A DNA stretch of 64,000 nucleotides from Microbotryum violaceum (Eukaryota). The notes beneath the pieces are model-generated. The model searched no databases, was not told where the DNA came from, and saw nothing but the letters and a program-made list of their open reading frames with translations. A program made the translations under genes and the position numbers. Location of the stretch: contig CDLV01000005.1 in assembly GCA_001244265.2 (NCBI GenBank), forward strand, positions 2,604,001 to 2,668,000, written 5' to 3'. Below, piece by piece: positions 11,293-22,163 of this stretch; within the stretch, counting starts at the first letter, position 1; each line of letters starts with the position of its first letter.

Positions 11293-12753
11293 ATGCGCCC
11301 CACTCCTTCCCATTCGAGCACGCTCTCATCTCGCACCACGAACCCTAACGAGCCCGTACAATCGACGGACCTTGACGCGCTGCTCTCGCGCCACTCCGCT
11401 TCTACGCTCTCCTACCTCTCCGACCCTTACACGAGCTATTTCCTGCCCCCCTCTATCCGACGCGCAGGGCCTAGTGGATGGAGGAGACCGGTGTTGATTC
11501 ATTTGGGTACGCATGCTAGGACTTGGGGGTTGATAGGGTGGTGGAGAGGTTTTTGTTGGGTGGTGGTGGTACGGAGGGGAGAGGGGGAGGGGGAGGGGAG
11601 GGTCGGGAAGGAAGGGGAAGGGGAAGAAGTGGAAGTGGAAGTGAAAGTGGGGGGAGCAAGTCGCGCGGAGCAAGTTGGGCAGAAGGGGAAAGCGACAGGT
11701 GTTGAGTATGGGTGCCGGAACGGATACGAGGTATTGGAGGATGAGGGACAAGTGGATCTCAGCAGCAACGGAGGGGAGCAGGACTCAGGAAGGTTGGGAA
11801 GAGGTGGTCAATTGGGTCGAGGTCGATTTCGAGGAAGCATCCAGTGCGAAGGCGAAGATCGTGGCTACCAAAAAGGAGCTCAAGGATGGATTGGGGGCCA
11901 GTCTCAAGATTGGTCAGTCGGGTCGGCAGTTGGATCGGAGGTGGGGGAGGGCTAATGACTCGGCCCCATTCGTCTTTTAGAGAAAGGTGGTCTAGCGCTC
12001 TCGTCCAAAGCGTACAAGCTCATACCGGGAGACCTACGCAACCTCACCACAAGCTTGGGACCGTACCTTCTTTCGTCGGACCCGTTCCCAACCCGCTCTG
12101 AACCGCTGCTCGATTCAACTCTCCCTACGCTCCTCCTGGCGGAATGTGTGCTCGTCTACCTGCCCGCCGACACGACGACGGATCTACTGCGTTGGTTCTC
12201 GAGTACGTTCAGGCAAGCGGGTGGTTCGTGTATCAGTTATGATCCGTTCAATTTCGAGGATGCATTTGGCAAGGTGATGATTAGGAATCTCGCGGTCAGT
12301 TTGGGCCACTCGAGAGCTTCGTTTTCGTAGACGGGCAGGGTTTTCGACCCCGAACGTCCCTCGACTGGATCGAGAGATCTGATCTTCTTTCTGGGAGTCG
12401 TCTCTTTTCAACTAGACAAGGAACCTCGTCCTGCCCGCTGCATCGTCTACACCAACATTAGAATCGCTCAACGCCCGATTGACAGAGAACGGTTTCGCGC
12501 AAGCCGAGAGTCGGACAATTGAGCAGATTCGGAAAGAGGTCATTCCGCGGAAAGAGATACAACGGTCAGTCGGGGGGAGAGATTGGGATTGAAAATTTCT
12601 GGTTCGCAGACGAAGCTGAGGAGTGGGATCGTGCGGTGCAGGGTCAACAAGTTGGAGCAGATTGACGAGGTGGAGGAGCTAAACCTCGTGTTGGGGCATT
12701 ATGCGATCACGATTGGGAACGTGAGGGGAGACGAAGGGGTCGTCGGGTTCTGA
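11293..12753 (+). CDS. PPM1: Leucine carboxyl methyltransferase 1 (PP2A methyltransferase); two apparent frameshifts in the G-run region 11520-11680
   Basis: VQSTDLDALLSR..YLSDPY; LIHLGTHART; QVLSMGAGTDTRYWR; WVEVDF; PTLLLAECVLVYL; DAFGKVMIRNL; LEQIDEVEELNLVLGHY. The frame breaks lie in homopolymer-rich sequence. Confidence 0.85.
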
Positions 12754-12947
12754 GGCTCGGGGGGTGCTTTGTAGAGAGGAGTAACAAGCTCGCGAAAGGC
12801 AGGAACTGTCTTTTCGGGTTCGGCAGAAGCAAGAGATGCTATAGGATGGTATACGTTGATAAATACACGAGTTGTTTGCAGAATGCGAAAGAGAAAAAGG
12901 GGGTGTGATGTACAGATTTTTTGTGGTCGGATCGTTGGGGTCGTTCG

Positions 12948-13373
12948 TCAGGGTGATGACTCTCGTTCGATCTGGTCCCATCGGGCTTGTATGAGCTGTC
13001 GTTTCGCTTTGGCTTGTTGTCGATTCTCGATTGCTCGGTCGTTCCTCTGCAACAGATACACATCGTACGATGAGCCCGGGGAGCGGCAGCAAGGTCAGCT
13101 GGGGATCATTGCAGTCTGTCTTGGCTTGGCATCCCCCATCGCATGAGATGAGCCCAGACGAACCTCCTTCCGGAGACAGAGGTTCAAGGCGGTCTTGTGG
13201 TCGTTGCAATAGCCGATGAATTTGAGGATCGAGTGTTGGTCGTGGCAGTGTTTGATCGCTTCGATGAACTCGGCGCAGCCTGCGGGAGGGAGTCAGTATA
13301 TGTGGAGTGTCGAGTGCGTTGGGGGGTTGGGGCGCTTACCTTGGTGCTGGTGTTCTGCCAAAGGGGGGTGCAT
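12948..13373 (-). CDS. CMC2: Twin CX9C mitochondrial COX assembly protein (3 exons; missed by ORF track)
   Basis: Spliced: MHPPLAEHQHQGCAEFIEAIKHCHDQHSILKFIGYCNDHKTALNLCLRKE|RNDRAIENRQQAKAKRQLIQARWDQIERESSP*. It has two CX9C motifs and the MHP.L..H / KF.GYCN signature of Cmc2. Confidence 0.9.
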
Positions 13374-13500
13374 GGTGGTGGGTGCCAAGGGCGGTAAGGA
13401 ACGAGGTCAGAGGAGGTCAGCGTCTGTCAGCGTGGTCAGCGTGTTGAGGAGTGTTGGCGTGGGTGCGCGTTTCTGCTTCTGTCTGCTTCTGTCGAGAGTG

Positions 13501-13642
13501 CTCCGTCAAGCTACCTAGCTTTGTCTCTCCTCCGCCAAGCTACCTATAGCTTTGTCTCTCCCTCTTCCTCATCACTGGCTGGCTCCGTCTCTTCCCTGAC
13601 CGACCCGTCGAGGACCCCCGTCGAGGACCCCCGTCGAGGACC
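13501..13642. repeat. 29/31-bp direct duplication (13501-13560) and 13-bp (CCCGTCGAGGACC)x3 (13604-13642) in the bidirectional promoter/5'UTR
   Basis: Read directly from the sequence. Confidence 0.85.
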
Positions 13643-16600
13643 AGTCAGTGCAGTGCGCTACCCTTCACACTACTCGACACCCCAACTGACTGACTACGGG
13701 TGTTTCCCCCCCACAGTGGCACCCCGACGAAGCGCTCGATCGAACAGGATCGCCTCCCTCGTCACCCCCAAAAAACCCTCCACGCCGACACCGACCCGAC
13801 CTCCCAACAAGCAGGACGCGACCGGGTTCGCTTTGGTCGATTATCCGTTGAGTGCAGCCTCATCGCCCTTGAGTTCGCCGGCGCAGAGTCCGAGACAAGA
13901 CCTCGTCGAACCCGAGCCTGAGCTTGAGCCTGAGCCTGAGCCCGAGCCTGAGCTTGAGTCTGAGCCTGAGCCTGAGCCTGAGCCTGTGGCGTCGACGTCG
14001 ACTTTGACGAGTGTGGAACCAGTCTCACCCGAAAAAGTTGCGACTAGGTTCCCTACACGATCCTCATCAACCCGCAATCAAGACTTGGCCTCGAGCTTCC
14101 CTCCCGACTCGGTATCAGCTCCAGCCCCAGCTCCAGCTCACGACCTCGTCCCTGTTCCCATCGTCGAGACACCCACTTCGACGAGGATCGCACCGAGAAG
14201 ATCGGCGAGGTCATCGGTCGCGACGAGGAATGTTGTCTTGGGATCGGTGGCTATTGAGAAGCACCCCAAGACGAAGGCGGGGATGGTGGAAGAACCGATC
14301 GAGATGGACGTCGATACTGCGGAGCAACTCAAGAATACGCCCGCGCAAGAGGAGGATATGACCCCATCGAAATATCCTCTTCCTCCTGCAGTCGAAGCCG
14401 TGACGTCGACCTCGCCTAAAGTGGCAACGCCAACCGCAACTTTGGCCGAACCGTCCCTCCCCCTCCCCCTCGCCTCGACTTTTACCTCTGCTCCTCCACC
14501 CCCACTCACTTCCCCTCCACACCCTACACCCACCGTCACAGAACAAGGCTTCAAAACCCCCTTCACAGCTTTGGATCCGGAATCGTCCCCTTTGTCCGAT
14601 CAAGAAAGTATCCCAGCTCGAACCCCCTCGCCTTCGCCCTCACCTCGGAAAGTGGCGACCAAAACGATCACCGAGGTGGAGGAGATGGCCGAATCGCTCG
14701 CTGAGCCAGAGGTTGAGGCTCCGCGGGCAGTGAACCGTTTAATTACATCACCGCTACCACCACCACCACCTGAGCCTTTACCTACGCCAGAACAACCTAC
14801 GATCGTGGACACTAGAATACCGGAACTTTTGCCCGGTCCCATCCCTACTCCGGCTCCCCCAGCGGCAGGACCTCTTCAACGTTTACTCAACCCCGTTCGA
14901 CCGCCCATCGTTCCCTCCCTTCCCGTCTCCCCAACAACCGAGAGACCACTTCCACCTGAACCACCCACACCACCCCCACCTCAAACCCAATCACCCGTCG
15001 AAGCCAAAGATCAAGTCGAACCTTCACCTCCCTCACCAGAGACGACGAACGCACAACCGAGTAATTCGAAAGTGATGCTCCCCGCTCAGTCTATGATCAG
15101 GAAGACGGCGCAAGGCGGTTTGAGTTTCAAGAGGGTCGTTGATGTACCGGTAGAGTCGGACCGTTCGGGAGTTGAGGACGAGGAGCAACGAGGGGTGGGG
15201 AGGGGTAGCGCTTCTGGATCGGTAATAGGCGAGACGTCGGTTTCGTTGGATTCTTCGAACGGTATGGACGTTGATTCAACAGGAGGGAAGGAGCAAGTCT
15301 TGATTTCGTCGGTCAGGCCTAAACGAACTTATCAAACCAAGGGTAAAGGGAACGCCAAAACGAACATCAAAGCCGTCGACACCATACCCGCTCCGGAACC
15401 GGAACCGGAAGCGCAATCAAATCACATCGAGCCAAACCCATCCGAACCCGTACTCGTAGACGTACCCACCACACTCGCGGACGAGTCCGTCCCCGAACCC
15501 ATCACAGGCGTGGTTTTGCTCCCTACGAAAACTGACAACGTCGAGGATATCTTCAATGATGATTCGGGGGACGAATTCGAACAGGTGATCGGACCTAAAA
15601 TGGGGGTCAAGCAGGTGGGCGAAGTGAATGGGGATGGGGAGAAAGATGGACAAACGGAGGTGGAGGTGGAGGTGGAGGGGGAGGGGGAGGAAGGTCTGCC
15701 AAAGTTGAAGCTCAAGTTGGGTGATAAAGGGAACAAGGGGCCCAAAGAGGTCAAGGGTTCAACGCCGGTTCCGAACGTGACGACGACGAACAAGGGTTCA
15801 GGGGTGGGGAAGCAAACTAGGAAGGAGAAGGAGAAGGAAAAAGTGAAGGGCAAGGAAAAGGATAAACCCGACCCTTCACCCAAGAAACGTTCGCACCCCG
15901 AACCTTCCGTCCCCGGACCGTCATCCAAGAAACTCGTCACTTCCACATCCTCAAAAGCTTCCACCTCCTTATCGACGGTTTCAACACCTGGTCCCACAAC
16001 GACGACGACGACGACGACGGGGAACGGTAGTGGCGGTGGAACACCCTCCGCGACTGGGGTGGGGAGTTCGGGTCGACCCCTGCCTTCTTCGTCGAGCTCG
16101 AGTGGGATCGATCTCTCCAAGATGAACAAGATCAAGAGTTCGGTCTTCCATTCTCAAGCGAAGAAGAAATCGAATACGGTGGCGAACCCGTTGGCGCAGT
16201 TCTTGGCGCCCAAGATGGCGCCTGGTGGAGGGGCACCGGGATCGGGGAAGAAGGCTTCTGCGATGACGGCTAGCAAAGGGGGGAAGGGGGAGGAGGAGGG
16301 GGGGAAGCGGTCGCTCTATGGGAGTGGGTGAGTGCTTGAATGAGCGGAGGGGGAAGCTGTAGCAGATTTCTCGTCTTGACGGGATCCTTTGTTTGTGTAC
16401 AGATACGAACCGGCTACGGAGGAGAAGCACAAGGAGATGGCCGAGAGAAGGATCAGGGAAAGGGAAGAGAGGGAACGGTCTAGAGTGAGTCAAGTCGAAC
16501 CCCTTCCTCCGCATCAGATCCCATTTCTGAGCACCTTGTTCTCACATAGGGCCAAGGCTTCAACCTCCTCGCGCAAATTGATTCCATGACCACCTTTGAA

Positions 16601-16750
16601 CACAAATACCGCTCCATGTACGCCATGAGGATGAACGAAGCGAGATTCGTCGAGAATAGACCTTTACCGAGGGCACAGACGTTTGGGGCGGTATTTTCGT
16701 ATTTCCCTAGTAAGCTTGAGAAGGGGGATGAGGTTATTGGTGCTATGTAG
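13643..16750 (+). CDS. Large Pro/Ser/Glu/Lys-rich low-complexity protein, unknown function; ATG split by an intron
   Basis: The 936-codon open frame has no ATG for its first ~250 codons. Intron 13644-13716 (GTCAGT..ACTGAC..CACAG) joins A+TG to give MAPRRSARS in frame. Terminal exons are RYEPATEEKHKEM.. and GQGFNLLAQIDSMTTFE..VIGAM*. Confidence 0.7.
13908..13986 (+). repeat. (GAGCCT)n coding repeat, poly(Glu-Pro)
   Basis: EPEPELEPEPEPEPELESEPEPEPEP. Confidence 0.95.
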
Positions 16751-17015
16751 AGGGACAGTCTTGGGGGGTCTCACTCGCATGTTTTCTTTTTCTTTCTGCT
16801 TGTTGTCTGTATCGGATTACTACCTTGAAAGTGTCTTTTTTGATTTTTGGCTGCATTGCAGGCATTTTCCACGCTGGATGTGTTGCGCGCGAGATTGCGC
16901 GTGACCTCGCCTCAGAGCCCAGCGCCCTTCCACATCATCGCCTCGAGGGAGACTCGACGCGACGACGAAGTACTGCTTCGACGCGACTGGGGAGACGCAG
17001 CTTCTTTTGTCGAGG

Positions 17016-20000
17016 ATGGACGACCCCTTCTCGACCTCGTCTCGTCTCGAGCCATCACCTCAATTCTCCAAGCATAAGCCTACCTTGACGACCTTGATCT
17101 CGAGCGTCGACTTGCAACAGTTGTCATCGAGGAGGACGGGCCTCAACGGAGAAGGCGCCGATGGCGATGACGATGGCCGGCATGAGCAGGTCGACCTCCC
17201 TACGAACGCCCCGTTGAGTCACGAGTCTTTCCAGACGAGCTCCCCGGATGAGGAGTGGGATACGTCCGAGTTCTTGTTAGGCAGACGCCACACCGCGTTG
17301 GATGAACTGCGGTCCGAGGTGAGCTCTGCCATCGTCCTCGCTGCTTGTACCTTGTGGCTGATCGAGTTTTTGTCTCTGCTCAGCTCCGAACCCACCTAGC
17401 TACCCTCCGGAGCTCCTTGGTCGAAGTGATCAACACGGAATACGAGGCCTTCATCGGTCTTTCCCTCGGCCTGCGCCACGCCTCCGTCGCCTCCTCCGTC
17501 ACCTCCATCCGTCGCCCCGTCCTCTCGATCCGCAACGAAGCCGCCCAAGTCAAAGAGGATTTACAAAACATGCAGCAGGAGATGGGCGGTGTTTTGGAGA
17601 AGCGGAAGAAGGTGAGGGAGGACAAGGCCTTGTTGAGGAGATTGCTGGAGATGGATGAGTGGGTCGATAAGGTGGAGATGAGGCTGAGGCTGCCCGTCTT
17701 TGGGCAAGGTGGGGAGAGAGGCGCCGAGGAAGGGGTGGATAGTGAGCGAACAGGATGGGAGGAGGGGTACGTTTCCAGAACGCTCATTTTGCAGTGGAAG
17801 AGGTGATTCTGATTCCGGGCTGGTTTCACAGCGCTGCTCTGGTTGATTCTCCGGCGAAACGACTCGAGAGGATCGTCGGCGAGTACAACCACATGCTCTA
17901 CCTCATCAACAAGGCAGGGGATCTTCCCTTTGTCAGATCTTTGGAACCGGTGAGCTAATGGCGTCACTGGGACTGCTTTTTCTAAACGCAAATCTCGCCC
18001 CCAAACTGACATTTTGTGTCGACATCCCCACCAGCGAGTCACTCGAATCACGACCACGCTCAAATCCGACCTCTCGCACCTACTCACTTCCGTACTCGTC
18101 GCTGCTTCCCCATCCGCCACCAACGCTCCCTCCCCAAGCATCACGCGTGAAGAGTTGACATCGTTGCTGAAGATATACGCCTCGCTCGACGCCGTCGCCG
18201 AAGCCGAGGAAACGATCCGCAAGATTGTCGTTCGGCCTTGGGTCACCCGCATCATCCATCGCAACGTATTGACCTCGGTCCAATCGCCTGTACTACCTTC
18301 GGTCTCGACGAGCCTGGAGAATGTCACTGGTTCAAGAGGTGGTTCGAATCAATCGGCCCCGGCGGTTCAATTAATCCCCTCGGACGATCAACGCGCGATC
18401 CCGGCTGCGTATTTCTACGAGCCGATACGGTTCCCGAGCGGCGGCACAAGCAGCGAAACAACGGATGTTGCTTCGGCGGACTCATTGTTGACTCTGTACA
18501 ATCGTATCCTGGCGACGATCTCGACAGAGTGCGGGCTAATCCTCGACGTCGCCGAGCGGACGATCGCGGCCCCGACACCGATGCCGCTCGCCGGTGGCGG
18601 ACTGATGATCAAAACCTCTTCAACCGACGACGGACTCAACGACCGATCAACAGGACGAAGATTCCAATACGACATCCTCTCCAACGTCATTTGGGATGAA
18701 GTAGGGAACCGCCTCATTTCCGAATTGGCGAACGTCATTTTCGCCGCCGGTCGTCCGAGCGTCTTTCATCAAAACTACGTCCTCACCTCGACCTTCATCT
18801 CGCGCATCGAAGGCTACTGCTCTTCTATACCTCATCTCTCGGCATTAAGAACCAGTCCAACCTACGTCGATTTCTTCCGTCGCTTCCAACTCCCCGTTTA
18901 TTTCCAATTGAGGTTCAAGGAGATCGTCACCAGCGTCGAGAGGGCTCTGGATGTGGGCTCCGCGAGTGGTGGGGGGGATATGTTCGTGATGAGTGAGAGT
19001 GAGGCGGTTTGGAGAGCGTTGAGTATGTGTTGGGCTGAGGAGGTGTGGCTGGAAGAGTTGAATGGGAAGTTTTGGAAGTTGACGCTGCAGGTCAGTACAG
19101 GCGGTTCGGTGAAGTGGCTGGGTTTCGGAAATGCTGATTATGATGCTTTGATCTGTGTGCACAGCTCGTGAGTCGGTACAGGACATGGTTAAACACCGTC
19201 GTGCCTCGGTATGTCATGCCTTCGAATGCAATGAACCTCTCCGTCACTGGCTCGGCGGCACCCAATGCCGGTTCAAGTCAGTTCGAGGGGACCGAACGTG
19301 CTAGGGTAGGTTTGGCCTCCGCTTCTCTCAATCTTCGACCAATCTGAAGCTGACGGTGGCCTCTCTCGCCTCGTAGTCCTCGTTTTCGGCTGCTCCAAGC
19401 CCTCGACCAGGGACGCCCTCGGACGAAGCGACGGAAGAAGCGACTTTGCGTCAATTGACGGTGCTGATCGCCGACTCGACGCTGATGGAACGCAAAGTGC
19501 TCGAACTATACCATCAAAGCATCGCACCTCGACTACCGCAGGACTTGACACAACCTGCCACCACCAACCCAAGCCTAAGCGAAGAAGATCCTTCCAACTC
19601 CCCCCTCTCAGTCCTGCGTGATTCCCTCTCCCAAACGACCTCGATCGTACCCCCCCTCTCTTCGCAAATCATCACCATACTCGTCAAGCGCTGTTCTGAA
19701 CACCTCAAACTCGTCCGATCGACGGTTTCCCAAGTTCGCGCATCGACGAAGAGAGGCCCTTTGGAACCGAGTTATTTCGTCAGCAATATATTGAAGGATT
19801 TGAGGAATTATGTTGCGGGGCCGGCGAAGGTTGTTGACGAGGAACTGAGGAAGAGGTGGGCTACAATGGTCGTGGAGGAGATTGCTCAAAGGTGAGGAAC
19901 GAAAACAGGAATTGATTGCACTTGTGCTGCTTTGACTGACATGCTCTGATTTGGGGGGACCTTAGGTACGCGACCGTACTCTCGGCCCAAAAGAAGACCG

Positions 20001-20242
20001 ACGAGTCCCTACGCTGGTACAAAAAAGGGCGCTCGGCCGGTCTATCCTTATTCGGACGAGGCTCTACAGCCACCTCTTCAACGACGGACGACCCTTCTCC
20101 TGATGACGATCGCGTCAAACAACAGATGCAGATGGATATTGAGGCCTTGGCGCAAGACGCGAGGACGTTGGGGGTCGATACGTCGTCGAGTGAGGCGTTT
20201 GGACTGTTGAGGAATGCGTTGACTGATGAGGAAAAGAAGTAA
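17016..20242 (+). CDS. COG2: Conserved oligomeric Golgi complex subunit 2
   Basis: FLLGRRHTALDELRSE|LRTHLATLRSSLVEVINTEYEAFIGLS; KRLERIVGEYNHMLY; IFAAGRPSVFHQNY; FQLPVYFQLRFKEI; FWKLTLQ; KKTDESLRW; DDDRVKQQMQMD. Confidence 0.9.
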
Positions 20243-20544
20243 GGATGGGGAATGAGATGGCGATTTAATGTGTTGTACGCTACTTTCTGTGCAGGATTGA
20301 TGAAGGAAATGTGACGATTCTATCTTTTCGAACGAAGGCGCCGATCGCTCGATCATCAGGGTTGCGCGATGGTTCGACGAGGAGGTTGCAGCAGAACTTC
20401 CAACTTCACATCTGGTGGGTCTTCGTTGGAATTGACAGCGCTCCCGATGTATGGATTCCACTGCTCAAATCTCGGCCGGCCGAGATTGCGCGACCCGCTT
20501 CGGGACAAGAGACCCCTCCATAGCAAAAAGCCCCTCCACCCCCG

Positions 20545-20613
20545 CAGCGGATCTAGCGTTTGTTAGATTCTGTCTTTGAATAAGACTAGCTGGAATTTAT
20601 GGCTTTAAACTTT
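20545..20613 (+). repeat. 69-bp dispersed repeat, probable DNA-transposon end (CAGCGGATCTAG...); inverted copy at 61076-61145
   Basis: CAGCGGATCTAGCGTTTGTTAGATTCTGT(C/G)TT(T/C)GAATAAGACTAGCTGGAATTTATGGCTTTAAACTTTA, with 2 mismatches between copies. Confidence 0.85.
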
Positions 20614-20685
20614 AAACCCCCACCGGGATCGTCCCATTTCAGGTTTTTGTTTTTGTTTTTTTGCTATGTCACCCTCTTCTGACAC

Positions 20686-21883
20686 AGGACCCTCGAAAGC
20701 CCAGCTAGAGACGGCCCGCAGATTTGCACATTCTGGGGACCGGAAAGCCGGCTAGGCAGCCCGCAAATTTGGACATTTTTGGCTCAAAATGGGTCGAGGC
20801 TCACCCCATCATGTTGGACATCTTCCTCCCTCCGGTCGAACTTTGAAGCGCAGACCAGTGGCAGGGTAGCGGGAGGCTGGAGGCGCAGGGCATAGCCGGC
20901 CCAGCTGCGCGGCGCAGGTACAGTTGCGCTGTTTGCGTTTGGAGCGCGTTAGTGTCTGCATTTGCTGTAAGGTATGCGCCTCTAATGTGCATAAAATACA
21001 ATCTGCGTTCTTGACCGCTAGAGCGCGATGATTCTAGCTACTCAGAGGCTACTTATGGGGATGTTCCTGTGAAGCATCCCCTTCCGTTTGCGATCGTTTA
21101 TCGTTTTTAGATCGTCTCTCGCTCGGCTCCGACTTGTCGAGCTACGTCTCCTCTTTTTCCTTTCGATCTGGAAGCTCTCTCGCCGAGAAATAGTTTTTCC
21201 TTTACCTAGTCGGTCGGTGGATTCACAGGGTTTGCCGCCGCCGATTCTCGTCGGACTCTTTGGAACCAATCACCGAAATGGCACTCGAAGAGCTCCTGGC
21301 GTCAATTCAGGAGTCCAAGGCTAGCCTTGTGTCTCTGTAAATCACCCAAGGCGGATTTAGTGGGCCTAGTTGATTTTGATTCAGGGTCAATGAGTCCTAC
21401 ACTATTGGCCTAGCCAGTGTGCTTAACTGCAGTTCCTCCTAGTTTTCCAAAGATTTCTAGGTATTAGGATATAGAGCGCGGCTGAGAACACTATATTAGT
21501 TTGACGTGCATTATTTTATGTAGATGTCGATTATAGTGCTATTTTAATCCATCAGATGACAAATGATAAGCAAAATATGAGATCCTATTCGAGTCCATTT
21601 CATTTTGAAAAGGCTCGTTGACGTCGGTCGCGCTGGCAGCGCTCTTGGCTCTTGGTGCTTGGTGCGCGCGCGCAAACTTTCCCGCCCGCGGGCGGCGGGA
21701 ATATATGCGCAGAAGTGTTTCCGAGCATTGGTCAGCTTGTAGAGTAGTTTTGAGAATTTATTCAGCATTCAATGGCCCTCATATTTGGATATTCTTAGTC
21801 AGAATTTGGGAAAAAACTGGACATTTTGCCTCGAAAATGTCCGTTTTCAGAGGGCCGCCTATGCCTGGGCTTTCGGGGGTCCT
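20686..21883. mobile_element. Degenerate non-autonomous TIR DNA element (~1.2 kb; hAT- or Mutator-like)
   Basis: Inverted ends AGGACCCTCGAAAGCCCAG / CTGGGCTTTCGGGGGTCCT (18/19), extending degenerately (..CGGCCC..GGACATTT). Flanks TCTGACAC / CCTGAAAC (6/8) resemble a decayed 8-bp TSD. No transposase recognised. Confidence 0.6.
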
Positions 21884-21900
21884 CCTGAAACTATGACAAG

Positions 21901-21966
21901 GAGCTCATGATCCGGATCGAATGAGCTCATGATCCGGATCGAATGAGCTCATGATCCGGATCGAAT
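21901..21966. repeat. (GAGCTCATGATCCGGATCGAAT)x3 perfect 22-bp tandem repeat
   Basis: Read directly from the sequence; made of overlapping palindromes ATGAGCTCAT and GATCCGGATC. Confidence 0.95.
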
Positions 21967-22163
21967 CTTACGCTCCTTCCCATCACGAGCTCCTCGGTCT
22001 CGGTTTATCCATCTTCGGCCGCGTCAGACCCCATCTCCAAGCTCGATCTAACTAATGACACCCTCTGCCTCTCTCCCCTACCCCCCATCACCACCCTATA
22101 CCAACACGTATGCAATCCTTCCCCACCTCCAACAGGCCGAAGATCTCCCTCCGTCACCCGAAC

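Noticed and set aside
11520..11700. Programmed ribosomal frameshifting in PPM1
   Set aside because: The breaks coincide with G homopolymers, so assembly error is simpler.
17380..18327. Long antisense ORFs (also 15422-16135, 29335-30228, 42259-42945, 47993-49882)
   Set aside because: They are shadow frames of GC-rich real genes and carry no recognisable motifs.
21901..21966. CRISPR-like palindromic repeats or a synthetic polylinker
   Set aside because: The units abut with no spacers, the context is eukaryotic, and there are no cas or vector sequences.
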